This document shows, one piece after another, positions 1-11,058 of a DNA stretch of 20,000 nucleotides. The first letter of the stretch is position 1. Every line of letters starts with the position of its first letter. The notes below the pieces were generated by a model. It was not told where the DNA came from, did no database searches, and saw nothing but the letters and a program-made list of their open reading frames with translations. The DNA is from Catajapyx aquilonaris (taxonomy: Eukaryota). A program made the position numbers and the translations under genes. The stretch is from the NCBI GenBank assembly GCA_000934665.2, contig KZ538480.1, positions 47,618 through 67,617 of the forward strand, in the 5' to 3' direction.

Positions 1-973
1 CCAAACTGCTACTCGCTATTCCGCTATTTGCACTCCATTTTGTGTCCAGCACAATTTTGAATATATTTGTGGCAAATTTTGGTCACAGAGGACAAGTTCG
101 AGTTTTTTTTCTCCAAAATGGCAACAGTGTCGCCATGTTCGACAAACCTCACTGTAACAATCCAGGTGACTTGAACTGCAGTCTCTCTCGGAATAAAAAT
201 TGCTAGTTAGCATTCCAGGAGGTAGAGACTAGAGGAGGGGGAGGGGTTGGATTTGGTTGGCCTGGGGGGGTTAGTTAGCCTGTGATTACCCATTACTCGG
301 GGGTCATCCAGGCGTCCTTTGCAGCCAGAAAATAATGCACTTTGCGCCCACAATTGCTACCGGGAAGCGACCCCTGGAATTGGTTGTTTTCAAGCTGCGA
401 GTTGATAAAATCTGAGCATGTAGTACAGTAGTGTAGTTGCCGAGAGGAAATTTTCTATTTGGGCAGTGGCCAATAAAAGCCTTCATCAAGGGAGGGGTAG
501 TTCGGGGGGGATAAGCGGGTGGATACAAAATGGCGGCTCCCTTCCTGTACTGTTACAAGTTGTATGTGTAGTAATAAACCTTAGAAGTTGCAGACTATCC
601 GATATGCAGTTTCAGGTATGCGTAACCCAAGTGGTTAAATACCTAGGAGGGCAAAGTATGCGTGGCAGTCTTGAAAATTACATATCATTTCGTATAGAGG
701 AAGGGGGGGTGTTCCACACAACCAATGTTTCGCTGCCTACGTTCTCGGAATTCCCTCCAATTATTACAATGCCTTTACGCTCCAGGGTGCACAGAGCTAG
801 GTAAATATAACCTCCTTTTCTATGAGACTGGCATATCGGTCTCTCATCATAGAATGTAATCAAAATAGAGCCAGAAGTAATCCGCTATTAGTAAGAGACA
901 TACATGAAAGTTTACAACAAAATAGCAGTTATTTTGGACAAGTTGGCTAAATTATATTATTAGCTGTTATTAT

Positions 974-1094
974 ATATTTTGTTATCAAAATAATTATTGC
1001 ATATTTTGCTATCAAAATAATTATTGCATATTTTGTTATCAAAATAATTATTGCATATTTTGTTATCAAAATAATTATTGCATATTTTGTTATT
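974..1094. repeat. 27-bp minisatellite, ~4.5 copies
   Basis: Unit ATATTTTGTTATCAAAATAATTATTGC repeated almost perfectly; it contains the inverted pair TATTTTG/CAAAATA. Confidence 0.95.
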
Positions 1095-1095
1095 G

Positions 1096-1232
1096 TAATA
1101 GTTATTACACAGTGTATTTTGTGGTTATAATAGTTATTACACAGTGTATTTTGTGGTTATAATAGTTATTACACAGTGTATTTTGTGGTTATAATAGTTA
1201 TTATATAGTATATTTGTGGTTATAATAGTTAC
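1096..1232. repeat. 32-bp minisatellite, ~4 copies
   Basis: Unit TAATAGTTATTACACAGTGTATTTTGTGGTTA; three exact copies plus a diverged fourth, abutting the 27-bp array. Confidence 0.95.
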
Positions 1233-1617
1233 TATAGGTGTTGTAATAGCTACTAATACCAAATGCTACGAATTCGTTTTGTATCACGTTGTCATAAAAA
1301 TTATTTCAAGAATTTTTGAAGGTTCCAGTAGGTTTCCCCGGGTTCTTCCTCAAATAGCTACTAGTATGAAACAACTAATATAACAAAAATGATGTTTAGC
1401 TATTATACCACCTGTAATACAGTAACTCTATTACATTAGAGGTGGTATAATAATTATTATGACTAAGTTATATCCTTGTTGCATTAGTTTTATATTTGTA
1501 GCTTTTGGTATTAGTAGCTAGTATAACTATAACTATTACTACTGCATTATACGTGGTATAATACTGTAGTTAAATATCATCTTTGTTATATATGTTGTTG
1601 TATAATAATATAGCAGC

Positions 1618-1895
1618 ACCAAAGCAGGTTGGTGTGGGGGTCAAGGAGTCCTCCGGCTAATCGTCGGAAGGTCCTGGGTTCGATTCCCGGGACCGGCGAC
1701 CCTGAGCGTGGTTTTCTGTGGTTTTCCACTGTTCCCCCAGAATAATTCCGGGGTTGCTTCCGTATAATAGGCCACAGCCGCTTCCTTCCTTCACTATCCT
1801 TGGCCCCATCCACATGCGAAAGTTTCAGAAATAATTTGAGTGATAAAATGGTGGTATCCCACCCCCCTATTGGGTAAAATAAATAAATACTGATA

Positions 1896-1959
<64 letters not shown>
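1618..1959 (+). mobile_element. tRNA-derived SINE with (AAT)n tail
   Basis: A-box-like TGGTGTGGGGG (~1630) and B box GGTTCGATTCC (1677-1687). The body GGTTTTCTGTGGTTTTCC...TAGGCCACAGCCGCTTCCTTCC resembles, from recall, the central region of arthropod Talua/Lm1-type SINEs. (AAT)n tail. Flanking direct repeat ATAATAATATAG(C/T)AGC at 1602-1617 and 1960-1975, partly overlapping the tail. Confidence 0.85.

Positions 1960-1968
<9 letters not shown>
1896..1968 (+). repeat. (AAT)n microsatellite, SINE tail
   Basis: Pure AAT run of ~24 units. Confidence 0.97.
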
Positions 1969-2905
1969 TAGTAGCTATTAGATGGAGAACACGAGATAAC
2001 CCACTGCAACATGCGGAAATTTTTTGAACTAATATTTATGGTAACCTGGTACAAAATGACAGCCATTTTGCCCTAAACTGATATGGCCACCGCAATTTCC
2101 TTTAACTTTACCTGGCGGCGCGCGGCGCCACTTTCCAACGAGGCTTAGCCGATATACACTTTCAGTGGGTTACATGTCACCGGCAAAATTATAACAGCTG
2201 TGTCATTGCGTGCTTCCAGATAAACCAGTCAATGTGTCTAGAGCCCCACCTTTTGGAACTTGTTTTTTCTCTCGTTCCATCGTGATGGGAGCCAATAGAA
2301 ATGTAGGTAACGACCCCATGTCACGATACGTGACAGGTTTTTTCCTCCGATAAGTGACAGTTGTCGGATCAATTTATTGCATTTTTGGACCCCCCTCTCC
2401 TTACAGATACGGTGGGGTTGTCATTAATATTTAGTAAAAAAATTCAGGGGGATACGTATCGCCAGTGAATTATTGAAATCAGACAGGTGCGAGAGTAAGG
2501 GGAGAATAGGCATGGAAATTGTGGAGAGATAAGGTGTTTTCCGACACTATTCCGGAAGAAATGTATCGCTTATAAACACGGAAGAGTCTATAGTGTGACA
2601 GATAATGTGGCTATGTTTATGACATCTGTTGGGCAGGGTTGGACGGAACTGGAGATAAGTATGTTAGGGGTTGTGAAGAGTGTAGCAGTTCATTTCAAAT
2701 AATATATATTTAAATTAAAAATAACTCTTAAATAATTTAAAGGAAAATGCTGACGGGATTCAGAACAAAAATTAATATGAAAATTAAATTTTAAAATTTA
2801 AATTAAATTTTGAAAATAAGTTACAGCCAAATATCAGACATACTTATAATTATAATTAAATTAAAATAACATGAAAAATTTAAGAACTAAAATTGATAAA
2901 TGAAT

Positions 2906-3018
2906 CATTTTAAATTAATATCAAAATGAATATTTTAAATTAATATCAAAATGAATAATTTTAAATTAATATCAAAATGAATAATTTTAAATTAATATCA
3001 AAAGGAATAATTTTTAAT
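2906..3018. repeat. 25-26-bp minisatellite, ~4 copies
   Basis: TAATATCAAAA recurs at 2916, 2941, 2967 and 2993; unit TTTTAAATTAATATCAAAATGAATAA. Confidence 0.93.
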
Positions 3019-4504
3019 TAGCTACAAAATTCAAATTCAATTAAATAAACGAAATTATAGAGTTTGAAATTAAATCTATGGAATAAAATTTAATAATTAA
3101 AAATGAAATTAATAATTAAAAATGAAATGTTCGATGTCCAATTTCAGAATTTAAAATAATTATATAAGTTAAATGAATTAAAATTTCAGAATTTAAAATT
3201 AATTAGTAGGCCTATAATATTTGAAAATTAAAAATAATTTAAAATTAAAATGTAATAAAATTACTGTATACACACAAAATAATATTATAATTGAAATTTT
3301 AAAATTGATATTAAAATAACCATTTAAAAATAATTATTGAAATCTTAAAAATAAAATGGACATTTGTAAACTGGGACCTTTAAAATTTTTGCTAGATATC
3401 TCCACATATACAGTATTCATAAGTGGCCAACACTTGATCACACTTAGAAGCAGCCATCACTTACAATCACAATTGAAATAATTCAAATCCCCCCCTCCCC
3501 AATTTGATCCCCCTTTTCCATCAATATTACTCCCCTTCCTCCCCCAACAATCGCTCCATTTAATCGCAACAAACGACTCCAGATCGTTCAGTCAACTCGA
3601 ATCCTCCCCCTCAAACTCTGCGAAAATATCTCTGAATATGGCTTCCTTCCTCTTCTGATGGCCTCATTTCCGCCAAAAAATAGGAGGGAAAAAACTATTA
3701 GTATATAGGGAGCAAGGGACGATTGAGGGGGAAGGAGAAGAGGGCATGATTTTTTTCATATTTTGCCCCCAAAAAATCTTTCATCCATTTTGAAGAGCTA
3801 ATCGTAAAGCCAATATGAGCCTTCCAGTATATTCATTATAGCAAAAGTCAAGAGGTTTTAGCAGCCACTCAAAGTTTCAAGCACCGGATTGTTAATAGGC
3901 CTACCACACATATTTTTTGCGCGCATTTTTTTTTTACTGAAAAGTTCCAGGCGGAAACAGAAGCTCCGCCTACCTTGCTATAATTGGCCGTAATTACGGA
4001 TGTGATTGATTGCGTTTGGTCTGCATGAAAGGGCCGGATTCTACGGATCCGCGATCTGCATGTAGTTACAGGTAATTGCATCCTAGTTGTAGTTGATGAC
4101 AGCGTTGGGTAACAAATTTGGATTGCAAAATTTTTTTGTAAGCTGGAACAGGAAATAGCAGTGATTTTTTTAAAGTTTGTTTTTGGAGCGGCTAATTTTG
4201 GGGGATGGTCTTAAAAGTTTAATAATTCGGGTAAGGTTCAAGGTGGGTGGGAAAGTTAACACGGAATGGTGACGTCAGTAGACTGCGTTTCAAGGTCATG
4301 GACATGGATGATATTAGTCGATAGCATCGATCCCAAAACGTTCTGGAATCGGCTCTATTAAATTTTTCATTTAAGTCAACGCCTCAATATTTTTATCGTA
4401 TAATATTAGTCATTATTTACAAACCATACCTAATATTAGTAATTATTTACAAAACATTATTTGTAATCAAGGAGGGCTGTATGAAAATAATTATGGCAAG
4501 GGAA

Positions 4505-4505
<1 letters not shown>

Positions 4506-4585
<80 letters not shown>
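4506..4585. repeat. (TTA)n microsatellite
   Basis: Pure TTA run of ~80 bp. Confidence 0.97.
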
Positions 4586-5116
4586 GAACCCCGCTGAAAA
4601 TGACGGACGACGACGTTTTTCGCCATTTTGCAGTGATTGCACCAGGTGTTGGCGAAAGATGAGGGCTAAGCGAATCATCTTTCCTTACCCTTTTCCTGCC
4701 ATCCTATGAAGCATTCCCCATCCTGATCTATCCCAATAAGGCCCATCGAAGCGAACAATCTTTTCTTATTGATTACTTACTCCATCCTCTTCCCTTTTCC
4801 TTTTCATCCGGCCTTCCCTTGTTCCATCTGAACAACGCATCATGGGGACGAACCTTTAAAGGAGTTCCTGGATCCTTCCCCCCGTTTCCATAAGCCATTG
4901 CCGTTGGTTTCCATTCCACTTTGTCCACCGGATCCTTCCCGATCGTCGAGTCATTTGTGATCGAATGGGGAGGACCCCATAAGGAGCGAGGACTCTTCCA
5001 CCTATCCATTATCAGCTTACTGCCAGCCTTTCGGATAGATAAAACCGGGCCTTTTCTTATCCGCATTCGCACAGGCGAGGTCTACAAGGTGCGTCGAAAA
5101 GGGTCTGAGCAACATA

Positions 5117-5291
5117 GGATGGCCAAGCGCCGAAGGCGCGCGAAGAGGGCGCCCTCTTCGTCCTCTTCGTCCTCTTCGCCCTCTTCGCCCTCTTCGCCCT
5201 CTTCGTCCTCTTCGTCCTCTTCGCCCTCTTCGCCCTCTTCGCCCTCTTCGTCCTCTTCGTCCTCTTCGTGCGCCTTCGGCGCTTGGCATCC
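5117..5291. repeat. GC-rich fold-back element with internal 9-bp tandem expansion
   Basis: Left arm GGATGGCCAAGCGCCGAAGGCGCGCGAAGAGG versus reverse complement of right arm GGATGCCAAGCGCCGAAGGCGCACGAAGAGG. Perfect 20-bp palindrome at 5141-5160. Thirteen copies of YCCTCTTCG at 5152-5268. Confidence 0.9.
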
Positions 5292-5699
5292 CCGCCCGAG
5301 ACGCGATCAGGCGGCGACAATTCTGAAAAAAAAAATCGGTTCCGGTTTTCGGATATGGGCTTTATATAACTATGCTCTAATAATAACTTTGGGTACCAAT
5401 TGGGTATGAAAAGTAGGCAGCCAGTTGCATCAAATATATGCCCTAAGTGTCACAGTGTGAGCGCAAATGTGTGTAATGATCGTATCAAGTATTGAGAAGT
5501 GCATAGTAATTTGCGTTATTAAGTCACATATCAGCGAGAGCGAGGTTTGCCATAACTCTGGATGGTATATGAGAAGTGTTAATTAGTATTAATGCAACGC
5601 GGAATTTCTGACGGCAATGACACTTGAGTTTTTTTTTTCAAGTACGGTCTGGGTTAATTGAACCAACAATGTCGAGAGCATTTAACGTCCTGTTTATAG

Positions 5700-5748
5700 T
5701 TGTGTTTCGACTGATGGTACACCAGATTGGGTAGTGATGAATGTCCAG
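5700..5748 (+). CDS. candidate 49-nt internal exon (xCVSTDGTPDWVVMNVQ), unassigned
   Basis: Acceptor TTTAACGTCCTGTTTATAG, strong donor CAG|GTAAGG, one open frame. No neighbouring exon could be joined to it. Confidence 0.2.
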
Positions 5749-6311
5749 GTAAGGATGAGGACAACCAGCAATATTATTCAGTTGTCCTTGTCTGGTTACT
5801 GGCCTATCAGTCCGTGCGACCAGTGAGGGTTTGGGGACTGTCCGAATTAGAATTGCCGCTGGGAAGTCAAATGGGGCGTGTGCAACATTCACGGACATAT
5901 CAACGCCATCTGGCCAGCAAATTATTATCAAACGCTCGCTATCCACAACCGTATTGTATGCTTAAGCCAAATCGAAATTGCAATTTAATAAAATTTAATT
6001 CCATGTTAATTTTTGTTAAAAATTAGTATGTCGCCTAAATTATTTAAATAAAAGTTCAAAAATAAACGTGAAAATAAAATTGTTTTGCAAATAACACAAA
6101 ATAGCTATTTTAATTAAATATCAAATAAAAATTGACATTGAAATCAATATAACAAATGAATAAGTAGATTTGATTAAGGCTGACTAAATTTAAATTATTG
6201 AATTATTAATAATATTCAAACTGTGGGAATTAGTACATCATTGACGTTATTTAAACCACTGAAATTATCAATTATCAATTAAATTAACAGCATTGAAAAT
6301 TTAATTTTCAA

Positions 6312-6492
6312 TTTAATTCAAAATATTTCAATTATTACTTTAATTCAAAATATTTCAATTATTACTTTAATTCAAAATATTTCAATTATTACTTTAATTC
6401 AAAATATTTCAATTATTACTTTAATTCAAAATATTTCAATTATTACTTTAATTCAAAATATTTCAAGTGTCAATTTAATTCAAAATATTTCA
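6312..6492. repeat. 27-bp minisatellite, ~6.7 copies
   Basis: Unit TTTAATTCAAAATATTTCAATTATTAC; five exact copies and two diverged, period 27. Confidence 0.96.
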
Positions 6493-6877
6493 GTAATTAG
6501 TAATTATCAATTTAATTCATAGTATTGAAATTATTAATTCATTAATTTATTTAAATGTTGAAATTATTAATTTCTTAATTTATTTAAACCATTTAAATTA
6601 TTAATTCAAATGAAATATTTAAATTAATAATTTATTAGTCGTTACTTTAATTGTTATTTGATTATACTGTATAGCAATGTTTACCGTTTTATTGTAGTTT
6701 GTTATTAGGGAAACATTAACGATTAAATTAGTTGCGTATGTGCAATTTAAAATCATTAATAAATTAAATCCATTAATTCGACTGCATAAATATTATTATT
6801 GATAAATTGCTTATTATTATATTGACATATTATTACCCTGCACATTATTAATTGCTATATCATTGTGTCTATCGCAG

Positions 6878-6926
6878 GTTTCAGCCAGATTATGGCAGCC
6901 ACATTGACCTTCACACGTCTTCAATA
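6878..6926 (+). CDS. candidate 49-nt internal exon (xFQPDYGSHIDLHTSSI or xFSQIMAATLTFTRLQx), unassigned
   Basis: Acceptor TTGTGTCTATCGCAG, donor ATA|GTAAGT, GC-richer island at the edge of an AT block; two frames open. Confidence 0.25.
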
Positions 6927-8701
6927 GTAAGTATAATATATTGTTGGCATTGTTGATACTCATTGTGACGTCAGCCTATCACTTTCTGGGGTTGAATAGA
7001 TAACACAGAGCATGATTTTATTTGGCAAAGAACAATGCAATGTTATCACATCAGGCCAAGAAGTACCTCTTCTTGCATACGCCCCTACCATTTTTTTTAT
7101 GCTGGATTGTTGTAATATATGCTCCATTTTTTATATAGTACGAGAGCCTTGGTGAGCTTTTTTTCCCTCTCCCCAGAGGGAGAAGCAGTTCTTTTTATCA
7201 CACGGCCTTTCCCTTGATAAATCTAGGCTTGGGGATAATATCGGCGAGGTTGTAAATGGAAATGCTCAGACACTGTACGGAGACTGAACGGCGTCTCATC
7301 CAAAGAGGTTACAAATGTTTCTCCATATCTGGGCCACCATTTTCGAGCTAAGAATGTAGCAATGTTGTAGAAAGGAACTCCCCAAGACAAGACAAGGGCT
7401 TTTTGACTAGAACCTAAAGGAATCAGAGTAAATGACTAGAGATGGGGGGGCTTTGAGGCGGAGTAGTCGTTAACGAAATTTAGAGCCTAATGCGGCGGAA
7501 ACCATTTTTTAAAACCTTTGGACAGCTCCAGTCATTCTTGTCAGGTCTCCTTGTCTCTTGAGTAATGGTCGTATTGTCGCAGGAAAGTTTTTAAAAAAAT
7601 CGCGGGAAGTTCTTATACTGAGAGATACAATTTCAGGGATTGATTTACACTCAAGTCGTAATACTAATATTTTGGGAAAAAATATGCTACTCTCAAAATG
7701 TGCAAAACTTCGGATAATGACATGATTATTATAATTATGTTATTATATGATTATTATATCAGTCCTACTCCGCTGTATAATTATATGCATTATTATACTG
7801 CATAATATATGATGTAATGATGTAATTATATAATTTTATAGATATAAACTAATAATAATTGCAGAATGCTGGTGTGATGATAATAATAATAATAATTAAT
7901 AATCATATAGTACCTATTAAATATTGGTAGTTTTCCTTCAACATGATTTTAAAGGTGTATAATAATACAATACAAATTGAATAATGATGTAGATTCTTTA
8001 CTATTTGATTTGTTCATTTTATTTATTTATGTAAGTCAATTTTATTATTTGACGTACGTGACTGACAATCCCATTTATTATTTATGTTAATGTCCTCCCA
8101 ACTCTGATAATATTTTCTACGCTTCGAATGAACATTTTCATACTTCTCATAAGAAATTGCTGCCAAATTTATTCCAGGTGGCGCCATAGGAAGTCATGAT
8201 TTATGCGTCACAATCCACCTGAGTTCCCTAGCTTCGAAATAATAATAAAAAACGAAAAGTCATTAAGTCAGGATAGATCGGTGGAACCCTCTCGGAGTCA
8301 CCTAAATGACCTCCCACGGTCCATTTATCGAAATGGAGAAGCGATCGGAGGAGGAGGAAACGAGCTGGCCTAATGACGCGACAACCCCTTCTCCCTCCTT
8401 CTCTCCCTCCCTCCCCCTCCCCTGCTGGGAAAACAATGCCTCCAATTAACTACCCTCTAAACAAAGTTCCTCGCTCTAACAAACCTTATTTCTACAAAAG
8501 ACTCTGGGCGGTCCAAAGCTCGAAAAAAAAAAGCAGTCGCGAGTGTCCTATAAAATATATTATCATGTATGTATATTTTATTATTCAAACCGTGGTAAAA
8601 TATTATCTGAAGCGTTAATTAAATTACGATTTAATTATTATCAGTGTATTATTAGTTAGTTGTTTGTAGTTTACTTTGTTATTGCATAATTTATTGGTGA
8701 T

Positions 8702-8789
8702 CTACTGCTTGCTACTACTACTACTTGCTACTGCTACTGCTATTTGCTACTGCTACTGCTACTTGCTGCTGCTGCTGCTGCTGCTACTG

Positions 8790-8844
<55 letters not shown>
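8702..8844. repeat. compound (CTG)n/(CTA)n microsatellite
   Basis: Degenerate CTR units, then a CTG run, then a pure CTA run. Confidence 0.95.
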
Positions 8845-9631
8845 AGCTTACGACACTTCCATTGCTGATAACTCCCTCTACATTTAAAGAGCGCGCAGTT
8901 TAAAAATTTTTCAAATTGAACAATATTCTGCATTTGCCAAATATGACGAAGTCAAAAGTGCTGGGCTTTCAGTGGTGGTGGTAGAGGGTGGTGGGTGTCC
9001 CAAAATTTTCTCTTTTTGTGTCCATCCCCCCCTCTTCAGGGTTCAGCATCGTCGAGACTGGACGGCACTCCGGTGCCATTCAACTTGGAACGGAACCAGG
9101 GAAAAGTCAACACAGACTTTCCCTCCCTCCCCCTCCCACCACCTCACCCCACTTTTGGAGGGCAGGCAACAAGGCCTCCCCCCCTTCTGCTTTACCCCCC
9201 ACCAGAAATGTTGGCCTGCTGGAGAGTTCTCTGGAGATTACACTAGTGCACCACTCGGCCTATGGTTTACGGTGGAAATTTTGGAGGGAAGAGTGGGAGG
9301 TACTCGACAGCACCGTCATCCCCCCCCCCCCCCCCAAAAAAAGAAAGTACTTATTGTTGGACGGTGTGTCATCACCACTGCTCCCGAAAGGAAGACATAT
9401 GGGCTCGTTTTCATGTATTTTTTATTTATTCTCAAAATAAGTGGAGTGACAATGGTCTTTGAAGCCTGAGTAGTGGAAGGAAACACACGCCATTAGCATA
9501 CAGAGCCATCAAGCGGTGGCCCGCGACAATAAGGGCAATGGCCAGTAAGAATAGCTGCGATTTACATTAGCATCTAACATGCTACTAGCTATTTGTACAA
9601 GGAGCGATTGTGTCACCAAAATAAATTGCAC

Positions 9632-10280
9632 TATTTATTTATTTAATTAGTCATTTTATTTATTTATTTATTTAATTAGTCATTTTATTTATATTTAGTT
9701 AGTCATTTTATTTATTTATTTATTTATTTAATTAGTCATTTTATTTATTTATTTATTTAATTAGTCATTTTATTTATTTATTTATTTAGTCATTTTATTT
9801 ATTTATTTATTTAATTAGTCATTTTATTTATTTAGTAGTTTATTATATTCTATTTATTTATTTATTTAATTAGTCATTTTATTTATTTAGTAGTTTATTA
9901 TATTCTATTTATTTAATTAGTCATTTTATTTATTTAGTAGTTTATTATATTCTATTTATTTATTTAATTAGTCATTTTATTTATTTAGTAGTTTATTATA
10001 TTCTATTTATTTATTTAATTAGTCATTTTTTTATTTAGTAGTTTATTATATTCTATTTATTTATTATGCTTATTTATTTATTATGCTTATTTATTTATTA
10101 TGCTTATTTATTTATTATGTTTATTTATTATGGTTAATTATTTATTTATTCTATTGATTTATTGTGGGTAATTATTTATTCTATTGATTTATTGTGGGTA
10201 ATTATTTATTCTATTGATTTATTGTGGGTAATTATTTATTCTATTGATTTATTGTGGTTAATTATTTATTCTATTTATTA
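9632..10280. repeat. compound T-rich minisatellite array (~29, 47-55, ~15 and 30-bp units)
   Basis: TTAGTCAT recurs 11 times between ~9647 and ~10019 with variable (ATTT)n spacers, then TTATTTATTATGC units, then ATTATTTATTCTATTGATTTATTGTGGGTA x4. Confidence 0.93.
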
Positions 10281-10824
10281 ATTAGGGTTAATTCATTATG
10301 TATTCTGTTTTGCTTGTTTATTTATTAATTATGTCTTCTTTGTTTGTTTATTATACTTTTTTCATTAATTTTTATTACACATTATTTGCTTGTTTTACAT
10401 ATTTTTCATACCTAATATGCACTGGTACGTATACAAGATTGCATCATGTACTTTTATATATTTCATGTAAATGTGTACTATTATTTATTTGTTTGTTTGT
10501 TTGTTTGAAAAGCTTAGGTGACATCAGTTGCCAAACATAAGTAAGAAAGTGCCTGGTTTACTTACAGTTCTTACTAAATATTCCATATTAAATTGTTTTA
10601 AAATGTTACGTCTAATAATAGCGGCTACGTTCACCCCTATTAAAGTAACTGCTTATTTAGCTATACTCACTGCGAAATATTCCCAAATCATAACTCCCTT
10701 ACAAAAGGTCCATCGACTAAACAAAACATGAGTATAAATGTTGTAAAACCGCTAAATAGCAGCTATTTGTGAATAGCAGGTACGTTTTTTAAATAGCTAC
10801 AATGAAAATAACTATGTTTCACAG

Positions 10825-11058
10825 CACTATCCTGCGTCACCAAATGCGTTTCAAGTAGAGCCTCATTTCCATGCATTGCTGGGACATTTCAAAGTGGACA
10901 GAATCGGTATGACACTACATCTTACACTGGTATATACGGAGGCAACAGTGTAACACCAGAGGCCATAGACCTTGCCATGGACCCTTCTATCTCATGTATA
11001 TCTGAATCCAGCCCGATTTGCTATTCAAGGCACTCTCATGCATTATGTGGCCTTGCAG
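10825..11058 (+). CDS. candidate 234-nt phase 1-1 exon, unassigned
   Basis: Acceptor CTATGTTTCACAG, donor CAG|GTAACG; single open frame LSCVTKCVSSRASFPCIAGTFQSGQNRYDTTSYTGIYGGNSVTPEAIDLAMDPSISCISESSPICYSRHSHALCGLA; no recognised family. Confidence 0.2.

Noticed and set aside
974..1232. CRISPR-like array (27-38-bp repeats here and elsewhere)
   Set aside because: Repeats are head-to-tail without unique spacers, there are no cas genes, and the context is eukaryotic.
1623..1700. tRNA gene (also the head at ~19300-19374, minus strand)
   Set aside because: A/B boxes are present but there is no convincing cloverleaf, and each continues into a SINE body, tail and TSD.
4490..5110. (TTA)n at 4506 as the tail of a minus-strand LINE 3' end
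   Set aside because: No matching TSD and no RT-like translation found; left uncalled.
4781..5322. Minus-strand exon between a strong acceptor (TTTTTTTTTTCAG) and donor (GGA|GTAAGT)
   Set aside because: No single frame stays open across it; it could only be a non-coding exon and there is no further support.
4921..5409. Ser-rich 162-aa ORF and protamine-like (RRG)n / (KRT/KRA)n ORFs on the opposite strand
   Set aside because: All are translations of the 9-bp repeat inside the palindromic element; open frames on both strands are expected from a stop-free repeat.
5700..5748. DWVVMNVQ resembles the M1 aminopeptidase N motif W(V/I)xxNxxxxGYYRVNYD
   Set aside because: No downstream exon encoding GxYRVNY was found in the window; too short to name a gene.
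4270..8187. Isolated CRE palindromes TGACGTCA (4270, 6966) and CTCF-like core CCAGGTGGCGC (~8175)
   Set aside because: Single short motifs with no supporting context; compatible with chance.
8676..8903. Poly-Leu ORF, and likewise the poly-Ile, poly-Asn and poly-Tyr ORFs at 1794, 4457, 13527 and 13974
   Set aside because: Trinucleotide microsatellite artefacts.
8972..9469. Three overlapping + strand ORFs and a good acceptor near 9039
   Set aside because: C-rich low-complexity sequence with a poly-C/poly-A run; no convincing donor or recognisable protein.
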